Assembly (NCBI GenBank): GCA_002104945.1
Contig: MCFH01000070.1
Location: 1-64,000, forward strand
Origin: Piromyces finnis finn
Taxonomy: Eukaryota; Fungi; Neocallimastigomycota
Length of the DNA stretch: 64,000 nucleotides
Direction of reading: 5' to 3'
Numbering within the stretch: position 1 is the first letter of the stretch; the number at the start of each line of letters is the position of its first letter. The translations under genes were made by a program, and so were the position numbers. Of this stretch, positions 27,633 to 40,629 are shown one piece after another. The notes below the pieces were generated by a model, which saw only the letters and a list, made by a program, of their open reading frames with translations, did no database searches and was not told the DNA's origin.

Positions 27633-28669
27633 ATGGAATCTTTTCAAGGAAGAGCACCACCAACTGGTTGGAATGATTTACCTGCTAATATAAGTCCAAA
27701 TCTTAAATTCGGAGGAGGTTCATCAAGAACAAAAAGATTTAATCGTAATAATTTATATCAACAGTATTATAGTAATAATAGTTTATACTCTAATGCCTCT
27801 TCTGCTAGTTCACAAGAATATGGATTAAATCAAAATCAAATGAGCTCTCAAGGTTCATTCGTTAATCCAAATGGCCCACCTCCAATGATGGGACAAGTTA
27901 ACACCCCACCAATGATGGGTAGTCAAAATAATTTAAATCAACAACCACCTGTCCAACAACCACCAATGATGGGAATGCAACAAAACAATAGTCAAATTCC
28001 ATCAGTTAACTATTTCAACCCAGCATCCTCTATCCCAACCCCAACATTTAATAATCAAAATGATTATAATAACAATATCAATACTTATCAACCAAATAAT
28101 TACAATAACCAAACTGTTACCCCAAATTATAACAGTAATACTTCATTAAATGCTGCTGCTCCAGCTCCAGCTCCAGTTAGTAATATTTCTGGTGATAAGA
28201 AGAACTATATAATGTCTGTTTATAATAAGCATCTTGATACTTACAATAATTCATGTAGTGTAAGTTTAATGTATAATTAATAATAGTATAATATTTAAGC
28301 AAAACTAAAAAAGGTTTTTGTATATTTATATTAAATTTGAAATATAGTTATTCCAAAGAAGAATTTATGAAGATGCTCGACAAAGAATAAATACTATGTA
28401 CGAACAATTAAATGGTAATATGATAGATGAACAAACTGTTGCTATGTTAGAAGCTATTGCTAATGGTAAATTTTTAATTATAAAATATTGATAATAAATA
28501 TTATATTTAACCTTTTTTTTTTTTTTTAATTTAAATTTTTTTATTAGCTCTCGAAACTAAAGATTCTAACACAGCTAATACAAACGCTTCATATTTAATG
28601 AGAATGTCAAATGAAATGAAGTGGGTTTTAGGTGTTAAAGAACTTGTCGATTTTATCTTCGGCAACTAG
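27633..28669 (+). CDS. SRA1/SRAP-like protein (N-terminal GWND-P motif, proline-rich linker, SRA1/Sec31-type C-terminal domain), 3 exons
   Basis: PPTGWNDLP at the N-terminus; C-terminal DKRINTMYEQL...WVLGVKELV; stop TAG at 28667-28669. Confidence 0.7.
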
Positions 28670-29210
28670 ACAATATTAGTCAAATATAGATACAATTAAT
28701 AATGAAATTATTAAAAATTATTCTTATTAATAATAAATATCGGATATTTCATATAAAAAATTTTTTAAAAAAAAAATTAAACAGTAAAACAAAAATAATA
28801 ATAAATATATAATATATTAATATAAACAGTTATGTAAATTAACCAATATAAATAATTTAAAAATATTAATAAAAATAACATGTAAAAAGAGGAAAAAAAA
28901 AATAAATTTAAAGTATTATATAAAAAAGCAAAAAATTAAAATGATTGATTTTGTTAAGAAAATTAATAATAGAAATATATATATATTAATAACTTTAATA
29001 ATTACAATAATAAAAATGTTAAAAATTAATAATGTATTTTTTTTTTTTATATATTTTCATTTTTTATTACTTCTTATTATTTTTTTTCTTTTTCTTTTTT
29101 TTTTTTTAAAAAAAAAATATATATGATAATATATATAAATAAATAATAAATGCTGATAATTAAATAATTATATTATTGGTAATTAAATTAATGAAAACTA
29201 TTTAATTAAT

Positions 29211-31912
29211 TTAATTAACAACTTGAGCTCGTTTTTGGTTTTCATTTTCAATATCAATATTTTCTTTAGTATTTTGTATTTCACTTGGTGTTATTAATAA
29301 ATTATCAAAAGATATATTATTATCTTTTAAGCATGCCATTAATTGATCTTCTTCACCATATTTATATACTGTAGATTTTGTTGAATTAATAATATTACTT
29401 GTAATACTAGTTTTACGTTGAATTTTATTATATTTAGAGTTATCAAAAGTGGATGCCATAGTTAATGGTTTTTTAATATTATCAGATACTACAATGTATC
29501 TATAATCTGAGCCAAAGTATTCATACATAATATCATTTAATATTGATTCCTATAAATATAATAATGTAATAATAATTATATTAATTTGTAAAATGCTATT
29601 ATAAAATAATAAATCAAAATAATAAATTGTAATAATTTAGTTGAAATTTATAAAAATTAATAATTACTAGAATTCTTCTTAATCCTCTAGCACCGGTATT
29701 CTTTTGAATTGCAAGCTCGGCAATAGAATTAAGAGCTGAATTTTGGAAGAATAATTGAATCTTTTATTAATATTTAAAAGTAAAAGGAATTAGTTATTTA
29801 TTTTATATTAATTTAATATATAATTATAAATAATAATAATAGCTTACTCCATTTCTCTTAAATATTTCTTTGTATTGTTTAACTATTGAATTTTTTGGTT
29901 TTATAAGAATATCTACTAAATCTAATACCTTCAATTGGTTGGTATTAGCTAATACAGGTAATCTTCCAACAAATTCTGGTATCAATCCATATTTAACTAA
30001 GTCTTCAGGTTCTACATAATTCAATGGATTCTTTAGTACATCTTTTTCATCAATTTCATTACATGAATCATCAGAATCAAAACCAATACACTTTTTTTAA
30101 AATATTTTTTATTAATAAAAGAAAATTGAATTAAATAATTATTTTTTTATCTTAATGATATTATCAAATATATAACAGCACTACTAACTCTTCTTTTGCT
30201 TAATCTATCAATAATTATTTTGTCCAAACCAACAAAAGCCCCGGAACATATAAACAATATATTTGAAGTATTAACAGTATATGTTTCTTGTTGTGGTACT
30301 GATACAAGTCCTCTCTTATTATGATTGTTCTTTACCGTTATTGTAACATTAGTTCCTTCAAGTAATCTTAATAAACCCTATATATTTTAATAATATAAAT
30401 ATTTTTTTATTTATTTTTAAATATTTCACTCTATATCTTTAATTGTTATTAAATATTAAGGATAATTATATATTATACTTACTTGTTGAACTCCTTCTCC
30501 TGAAACATCTCTTTGTCCGGAATTTACTGAATCGGAACGTCTTGCGATTTTATCGATTTCATCAATAAAAATAATACCTCTTTGAGCTCTTGCTACATCA
30601 TAATCTGAATTCTATTTATAGTATCATAAGAAATTGATATTTATTTTATTAAAAATTTATGAATTTTTTTTTTTTTTAAAAATTGTATTGAATTTCATAT
30701 TTAGTAATAGAAATTTAATATTCACTTGTAACAGACGAGCAACACAAACTTCAGAATCTTCACCAACATATCCAGCTTGGGTAAATGGTGTAGCATCATT
30801 AATTGAATAAGGTACATCCAAAATTTCAGCAATTGTTTTAGATATTAATGTTTTACCAGTACCTGTTGGACCAACTAAAAGTACATTGCTTTTATCAAGT
30901 ACAACAGATTCTTCATCAGTTTTTCTTCGATTAATTGATGAGTTGTATGTTGGGGTATCTTGATGCCATATATTTGCTGCCATTCTTGCTTTTACTTTTT
31001 ATATAATAAACAAATATATATATGATTAAATGTTTAAAAAAAATATCATTAATTCAAACTTGTATATAAAAATATTATTTACTTTCATCTTGTAAATCAA
31101 CTCTATCATCTGAAAGTTCATTTGTTTTAATATAATGGTTATATAATGCAACAGACAATGTCTGTTTTAATCTATTTTGTCCAATGACATATTTATCTAA
31201 ATACTCTCTTATCTATAGTGTATTAAGAATTAATAAAAATTTTAAATTTTTAAAAATATTAACATAATATTTGAAAAACTATTTTTAATTAATAATTTTA
31301 ATTTTTTATTACCTCTCTAGGATTATTAAAGGATGTGTTATTGTATATTTGTTGTTGAAACATTGTTTTTCCATCTATATCTTGATCATACATATGATTA
31401 ATATTATATGATTTTTGATTTGAATATCTATTTGAATTTGGTAGTGTAGATGATACATTAGCCGATCTCATAGGTCTATTAGGAGTAACGGTTGACATAT
31501 TTATTGAATTTTTCTGTTTTGCAGAATTTTCATTACGAGCTAGTGCAGGCTTTTGCATATGTTGTTGTTGTTGAATTTGTTGTCTAATTTGATGTAGCTG
31601 TTGATTTTGTCTATAAACCATAGATTCTGTACTATTTTTTAAGTCATTTTTTTTTATTGAGGTTGAAGATTTTAAATTAACTCTATTTTGATTCTTTGTT
31701 TTTCCTCTTTCATTATTTGAAAGAAATGAACTTTGGGATAGCTTACTAAATAACTTTCCATGAGTATTTAAACAAAGTGAATTATTAATATTATCGAAGC
31801 AACTAGATTTTAAATTAAGAACATGATAAAATTTATTGAAATAAGTTTTATTTAATAAGTTATTTTTATATAATCCATTGACTATACTACTATGTGATAA
31901 AAGGGATGACAT
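29211..31912 (-). CDS. CLPX: Organellar ClpX AAA+ chaperone with an N-terminal presequence-like extension, spliced
   Basis: [80 protein letters not shown]. Confidence 0.95.
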
Positions 31913-33066
31913 TTTTTATTTAAGTTTAAGAATAATGAATATTCAATAATAATTAATGAATTAATGTTTTTTAAACAAATTATAAATGATATATAATTAA
32001 TAGAAATATTGGAAATTATTTAAATAATATTTTTTAATATGAGAATTTATATTAAATGAAGATAGTATTTTTTATTTTGAATGCATATAAATGAAATGTA
32101 ATAATACTTTAATATTTTCAAGTTAAAATAAAAAAAAAATAATAATAATGTATTAATATTCTATATATTCTATAATAATTATAAAAAAAAAAATACTAAG
32201 AAAAAAATTTATTTTGTGATCTTTTTTTTTTTTATAGTAAAAATAAATTTTAAATTCACTATTAATTTAATATTATATTAATTATATATTATTGTTTTTT
32301 TATTCAAAATTAATATCATAACTTTTCAAAATATTTTTATTTTCGTTTCAATATTTTTTATGTTGGTGAATTTTATTATTCAATAAATTTTAAATTGATT
32401 TATAATAAATGTTAGAATAATATTTTTTAATAATAAAAATACTTGAATATGTTTAAGCTTTTTTTATTTTTTGATAAACTTTTTTATTAATATCCTATGA
32501 CAGTTTTAATTTTAATTAATATTTCCTAATATTAATTATGGGAGATCATGGGGAGAGGTTTTCTTAATTTTTAGAATTTTTTATATAAAAGAATGACATG
32601 TAGAAATTAACTTTAAAATATACATGCTTCGATAAAAGTTTAATGAATAATTTCCACTGTGAATTATAGTATCATTATTAATCAATATAAAATATTCTAT
32701 TTACTAATAAAATAAATGTTTAATGTAACGAAAAAGAATTATTCAAATAATCCAGCATCTTATAGTTAAAAATAAATAATAAATTATAATAATATCTATT
32801 TTATTATATTTTAAGTTTATAATACAATATTTATCAAAAGAAAAAAAAAAATAATATATAAAATGATGATTAAATGGAATAATTTATAATATATAAGTTT
32901 ATTTACATTAATTAATAAAATACAAATAAAAAATGTTCATCTACAATACTATAAATTTTATGTAATATTTCAGACATTAATAATCATACATGTATACTCA
33001 TATATATTAAATATCTAATCTATATTTATTGAATAAAAAAAATAGTCTATTTGATAATATTTAAAT

Positions 33067-36000
33067 CTACAACCTTCCACTCTTGACACCAATTGAAGTA
33101 GTTCCCATAGAGGCAGAACCAATAGTTGAGTTGTAAGCTTCGCTTTGACTTTGTGAAGTTGAAGAATATTGAGAAGGAGTCATTTGAGTAGTAACATTCT
33201 TCATCTTTGGTTTTAAAATAAATAATAAACAACACCAAGTACTAACAAGAGTAGCTAAGCAATTAATGGTCATTGAAACAGTTGGATCGAATGAACCCAA
33301 GTTTTGTAATACAATAACTAAAACTTCAATAATGAAATATACATATGTAGATAATACAATAGCCTTAGTTTCATTGAAAGCTGATGGGGCATTACGAGCA
33401 GTATATGCAGCATGAACAGCCCAGAACAAAATTGCAAATAAAAATACATCACCAATAATTGAAGTAGTATGACTATCACATTTCTGGAACTCTTTTTCTG
33501 CATGCGTGTCTTCAACCATTTTCGCCTTATCAACAGTAGTCCAAATAATAAGAAGAATAATAAATGGAATTAATATACCGAATAAATATACGATTAAACG
33601 TCTGTCAGCTAATTGAGAACCACCAATTTTCTTACCAGAGAAAATCAAAGAAATACGAATTGTCTTAACAATTAAAGCACCAACCATTAATGAGAATCCA
33701 ATATATTTACACCATTCTCGTAAAATACAAATAGTAATTGAATCATTTCTACTTTCTAAAATAATAGTTCCACTGTTACATACAGCACCAACTGTCATAA
33801 TCATTAAAAAGAGTGGTGAAGAGGAACGAACATGTTGAAGATTACGTCTGATGTAAAGCATTAAAATAAGAACACAACATAAAATTGCACTTGTAATACC
33901 AATAATAAGGAACATATATTGAAGCCATTTTGGTACCACAAATTTCACTCTATCATTACAGTTTGGACCTTCCCAATTTTCAGCACATTTACATTCGTTT
34001 AAATCAACACATTCACTACCAACATGAAGACAACCACCAGGACAGTCTGGAACGTAGCATGATTTTAAAAGAGTATTGGTAATATCTTTATATTTTGATC
34101 TATTACATGGATTTATATTGATATCAATTGAAGCATAAGCATTAATTAAAGTATCAAATTGCCAGTTTTCATTTTCGATAATAGTAAAATTAAGTGTGTA
34201 TTCACCATTATCACCAATAACTTGGAATTCATTAGCAGGAATTGAACAAGTACTATTGGCAAGGTTACATCTCCATCTCTTCTTACCATAAATAGTTGAA
34301 GTCTTTGAAGATTCACTAGTATTGTTTCTATCTACAATAATAACAGTAATAAAAAGAGCACCTTCGTTTGTTTTTTCATCATTCTTGGATTTGAAGTTGG
34401 TTCCATTGAAAGTTTTAATACCTAACATAAAGGAGTAAGGAATCCAATCACCAGATAATGTTTGAATTTCTAGATTTTCAGTTGTAGCATATCTTTCGAA
34501 TATAACGGATGAGTTAATATCATAACAATTAGTATCAGGGAAAACATCAATATCTTGTTCATTAATTTTACGTAAGAAATTGCTATGATACCAAACATTT
34601 GTTTTGTCATTATTAAATGCTTCTGGAGATAAGATGTATTGTAATTCAATTAATAAAGTATTAGCCATTGGTAATAAATGTTCATCCCAGACAGCATTTT
34701 TCTGTATTTTAGGATAGATGTTGGTAGTACTAGATTTAAATCTATAGATATTGTTATTTTTACAATAATTAAATTCATCACAATTAAGAATTTTTGAATT
34801 AGACATAAATGTACTTTTATCTTCATTAACACCAATGTCTGAAATATCAATAACAATATCAACAGAATTATCTACAATATCACTGAAATCACCAGTTTTA
34901 GTGGTTGGTGTAAATATTGATGCACCAGCATCTTCAGTTAAAATACGATAGAAATCGGAAGTTTTATAGGTCCACTTATTTTTGCTTGTATTGTATGATA
35001 CCCACGCAATAGTTTTTTTATCAGAATTAGAATCTTTTTCTTTTTTAATTACATCTTTTAATTCATTGTAATCTTCAATGAGAATATTAAATAAATCATC
35101 AGCTAATTTTTCTTCGTTATAAAATAAAGATACATATTTGATCCATTCAGCTCTAGCAAGTGGGGATTCTTCAGAAATTGCATTAAATGGAACACTGTAA
35201 TATGTTGATTCACTATCACCTAAATTTCCATAAACACTATTAGTAATTTCACCAAAAATTACACTAGAAGAGGTTAATTGACTTAAAAAGTCATCAGCCT
35301 TATCTGGGGTATAATCTTCAATAATATCAGTATCATACATATATTGAATACAACGAGATGAAGTTGATTTGATATCCTTAAATTCATTAATTGTTGATCT
35401 TTTATCTAATAACTATTATAAAATAATAAATTTTTTAGTCACTTCATTATGAATTATACTATCTAAAAAATAAACTTACTTCAATATATGGAATAACAGT
35501 TTTGTCATAAATACCAACTGTTTCGATTGGAATCTTAATAATATGTTTATCATCATATTCTTCTGGAAGGTTATCACTATCAATACCATCTTGAATAAGA
35601 AGGAATTTTTCATCATTAACTGTAACAACTTTAGTGAAATTTCCATATTCAACACTAAAATGTTTAGCATATTCAACTTTAGTTTGTCTTGGGAAATAAT
35701 AAGTTGAATTTTTACTATCAGTAACTGTATATAATGGATTATCTGAGGATGAATGAGCTGCAATAACAGATAATAAATCAATTTGGTTTGGTTGATAACC
35801 GAATTCACCAGCATAGTATTTAGCATTGTTATTAATGGACTCATAATTGTCAAGTATTGGTACAGTAGTTTCGTTAATACAAATACCAATACCACCAGCT
35901 TCCGCATAGTTATTTTCAAATAAACTATTTCTAAACACAGTACCTTTCTGTGGATTACTATTTTCACCAATGAAATATACACCACCATATTCAGCTGAAT

Positions 36001-39000
36001 TATTTAAAAATTTACAATCATCAAATAAAATGCTAAAATCAGTTTTCCAACTTTCATCACGAACTAAATGAGAGTTTCTTGACATAGCTAAAACACCACC
36101 TTTTTCTGCTTGACAATTTTTAAAATAACATTTTTTAATATCTAATTTTCCACCAAAATCACCAAACCAAAAAACGCCACCATATTCAGTAGCGACAGAT
36201 TTACTTACTAAAACATTGTTCAAATATAATTGAGGCTCATGCTTGATAAAGAATAAACCACCATTATTAGCTCTACTATTAGAAATTTGACTATTATTTA
36301 TCTCTAAAGCAGCAGTATGAATTAATGAAGCAAATGAACCAGTATCAGTTCCTTCACAATTCTTAACTTCTTTATCTTTAGGACAGAAACCAATATTTTC
36401 AAAAGTTGAGTCAGTAATCTTACACCAAGCACCAGTTTCCAAATTTAACATACCTATCATTGATTAATTTTCCAGTTTATTAATTTACTTTAAAAAAATA
36501 ATGTTTATAGTATAGTATAAAATTATTTTATTATAATTATTACTACTTACTGGAAGAACTACTGATACCATTAAATGAACAATTATCTATAATTAATGGT
36601 GTAGGATCTTGACTTAACGCACCAATATAAGAACGAGTTATAATTGTTTCTTTCGCGTATAGATCCTATTCATTATTATACATAATATATATTTATATTC
36701 ATTATTCATTAATCCTTAAAATAGACTATTTCAGTTAATTATACGATTTATACCTTAAATTTTGTATTATATAACTTCAATTCACCATATGACTGTACAT
36801 TAAAAACTATAATTTAAACATTTATTATAGAATGAATTTTCAGTTTCTATAACTATTCCAATAAAAAAAATTCAAATATTAAATTTATTGTTAATTACCT
36901 GTAGATTTACAAGAAAAATCTTGGAATTCACTATTACTTATTTGAACTGTATTCATTTTAATATTGAATGCAGGCTAATACAATTAAAAATATATATATA
37001 TATGATGAATTAAAAATTGTTAATATAATATTACTTTAGTAAATATATTCAATTATTTGTAATTACCAATGATTTTTTATCAGCATATCCACCTTGACTA
37101 ATAGAATTTTTAATTTTTAAGTTATTAATATTTATATCTATTAATTTATATATAATATTTGTTAATGAATATTTATTTATTAAAGCTAATTATGTTATTA
37201 TTTGTTATATTATTTTCACTGACTACTTACTACATTGAGATTCAAGAATACCATCAAATACTGAATCTTCAATTATAAAGTTTTCAATGCTTGAACCAGT
37301 AGCTTGTTCAATATTAATAATAGTACCATTGGAATAAAAATCTTTAACATTCACATCAGTGAAATTTACTTCAATCTTACTTAAAAACATAAAACTAAAA
37401 ATATTTATATAATAAATAGTTATTATATAATTTCGTTTGATTCCAATCTTTTAATAAAATATAAAACCCGTATTACCTTGGTTTCTAATTATTTATAACA
37501 GTAAGAAGATTAATAATTTAATATTAAAAGGAATTATTTAATAATGAATATATTAAAAGTCTAATATTAATAAGTTAAATACTATAAATATATATAATAT
37601 TATATATTTTATTTTATTACAATATCTTCTGTCCATCTTGGATCTCTTCCACCAGTAAGCTTGATATCATTTAAAACTACCTTTACATTTTCTCCATTAA
37701 CTATAAAAGTTTTATTTTTATTATTAGTGATCGGTTATTTATTTTTATGGTTAGTTAATTATTAATAAATTAGTAAGTTAAATACCAAATATATCACGTC
37801 CTTCACTGTAACTAAAATTATTTTCTAATGTAACATTTTTGAAATTAACTAATGGATATTCGAAATATAAAGACATATATATAGCACCACCTTTTTTCAA
37901 TTATTTATGTATTTATATTATTTTAATTGAAATAAAATAAATTAATCTTATGTATTCTTAAAAGTTAATTAAATACTATAATATAATATATAATAAGATA
38001 AAATAATATATACCTTGTTCATTAACTGCATTATTTTTAAATAAAGTATTTTCTACAGAAAATTCTCTTGCATTACTAACATAAATGGCACCACCATACA
38101 TAGCTCCAGGATTATGACCATATTCTTTATATTTTGATGTCTCTTTATCATTTAATGCCATATCATGATCACGAAATATACTATTCATAATATTACATTT
38201 ATGTACATTATAAATATACATTCCCCCAGCAGCATCTTTAAATTCAGTATTATTTATATTGATATCTTCACCAGAATCAATATATAAATTATAATTTTTA
38301 CATTCATTATCCTTAGGACATCCATAAAATCTTGAATTATTGATATTTACATTACAATTGCCTTCAATATTTACAATACCCTTATCAAGCTGACCATTGT
38401 TTGTAATATTAAATGAATCATAAATAATATCATGAAAGTATGTATTTTCAAATTTAATATAAGTTTGTGTGGCTGCAGTAATGGCAGCTATATATATTGA
38501 TATAACGATATATAAATAATTCATTTATTAACAATAACATTAGTATACTAAGTAAATATATATTAATTTAAAATAACAATTTAGCTTATTATAATGTTAA
38601 AATATTAATTTAATTATTAATAATATTTACGAATTTTCATATTAAAGAAATCACAACTAGTAAAGTTTATTTTTGTTGATTCTACCTATTGATTATGTGA
38701 ATATTGCAATTTTTAATATTAACAAGTATTGTAATTATTTTTATATTAAAATGAGACTAAAATTTTTACTTTAATAGCAGAAGTAGTAGTACTTTTTACA
38801 TCACAATTTCTAAACGATAAATTTTCGAATTCAATTAAGCCTGAGCATCCTTTTATATTAAAAATAGTTTTTTTATTATTATCTGGGCACTCAAAAAAGG
38901 TTTTATTTGTTCCCTGACCTATAACTTTAAAATGACCCATGACATTCATTATAGAGAAATTAGGTGTATTCTTTTTTATTCTATCAGTACTTGTTGCTGG

Positions 39001-39219
39001 ATAAAAAATAGTTCCTTCACCAATAGTAATTACACAATTATCATTTACTGTATTGTAGTTACTATTTAAATTTGTTGTTGAAAAAAAGTCATCTATTTCC
39101 TTATTAACTTTTACTCCATTACAAACAATTTCAACTTTTGCTGTGCCATCACCAAGTACACATCCTAGCACTGTTATTAGTACTAATGAGAATACTCTCA
39201 ATATTATATTTTCTTTCAT
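33067..39219 (-). CDS. Large class-C-like GPCR: signal peptide, right-handed beta-helix (pectin-lyase-like) repeats, type III (BtuF/Fe-siderophore) substrate-binding domain, EGF-like module, 7TM; 13 exons, 1656 aa
   Basis: Phase-consistent exons: 38770-39219, 38631-38685, 38014-38487, 37786-37890, 37621-37700, 37477-37484, 37231-37394, 37067-37137, 36899-36974, 36754-36806, 36551-36665, 35480-36453, 33067-35412. Repeated F.N.A..GGA motifs; EESPLARAEWIKYVSLFYN; CECKCAENWEGPNC; RSSSPLF, LIVKTIRI and PSAFNETK 7tm_3-type motifs. Confidence 0.85.
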
Positions 39220-39355
39220 TTTTAATAAATAAACTATTGGTATAATTATAAATGTATATTTATAACCTTTTTTAATTATGAAATAAATGAATATATAAAG
39301 GGAAATAAGGGATGAGAAAGATGTAGTTATTAATAGCTATCTATAAATTTAACAT

Positions 39356-39422
39356 AAAAAAAACAAAGATAAAACTAATAAAAAAAACAAAGATAAAACT
39401 AATAAAAAAACAAAGATAAAAC
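39356..39422. repeat. ~24-bp tandem repeat, 3 copies, upstream of the GPCR
   Basis: aaaaaaacaaagataaaactaat repeated. Confidence 0.75.
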
Positions 39423-39961
39423 AGTATTGTTTTTGTTTATTTTAATTTTTTATATCTAAATAATTTTAAATATATAAAATATTATTACTATTACTATTTA
39501 AAAAAAATAAAGATTTTTTATTAATGAAATGATTTCAATATCATATAAGCTTAAAAGTTTTAAAATTTTGAAGTGTATTTATAATATATAAATAAAATTA
39601 ATAAAGTTTATTTTTTAATAACTAAAAATTTTGAAATCTTATTGTTTTTATTTTGTTATTGCTATTTTTACTAATTAAATATTAATAAATAGTTATTTTA
39701 TTATTTAAAACTTTAATACTATTAATATGAAATTTAAAATACATAAAAATTATATATGATACATTTTAAAAACCTTTTTAAATCAAAAAATATTTTTTTA
39801 GTAAAAAATAATTAAAATTTAAATATTATAAATAATTAAATATAAAGCACAAGAAAAAATCAATAAAAGATCATAGTACAGTTTATTACTGCTTTAGTAC
39901 AATAATACTTTTTTTTTTTTTTTAAAAAAACTACTTATAAATGTTCATCATAATATATTAC

Positions 39962-40056
39962 TCCACATTAATTGTAATCCTAATCATTTAGTTTTTTATG
40001 GATAAGATGTAATAAATAGTTTTTAATTAAATGATTAGGATTACAATTAATGCGGA
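39962..40056. other. Long inverted repeat / hairpin (29-bp arms, 37-nt spacer)
   Basis: tccacattaattgtaatcctaatcattta (39962-39990) pairs with taaatgattaggattacaattaatgcgga (40028-40056), with one mismatch. Confidence 0.85.
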
Positions 40057-40545
40057 ATAATTAATTATAAAATTTTATAAAATTAAAAATGTTACACAAA
40101 ATCCATAAAGATGGTGGTGGAATAAACAATTAATAAAAAAAAGTTTAATTTGAATTGTTTAAAAATCATGTTAAATATGAAATTTTTTTTAACTTTATAA
40201 ATACTAAATATAAATAGTGATATAATCATTTCTGGTTTTATTAATATTCATATTCATATTATATTATTAAAAAACCATGATACTTTCTTCATGTGTAAAA
40301 TACTTATCAAATCAAAAGTCTTTCTATTTTATTTTTGTTATAAGCATATAAACAAATTGTTTGGTTATAAATAAAACAATTAAAATTTCAATTGTGAATA
40401 ATACTATCCAATCGATTAATAAAAATATTTCATCTTTCTGATTGGCTAATATTTTAATATGTGATTGGATATGTACTATTTATTATAATATAATAATATT
40501 ATATTATAATAGATATATTATTATATTTTCATATTAGATATAATA

Positions 40546-40577
<32 letters not shown>

Positions 40578-40629
40578 CTACCTTTTTTATAAAAAAATTA
40601 GTATATTTAATTTTTTTTAGTAAAATAAG

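Noticed and set aside
39220-40629. Cobalamin riboswitch between the GPCR and SHMT
   Set aside because: No B12-box or conserved core visible; the hairpin is a simple long stem.
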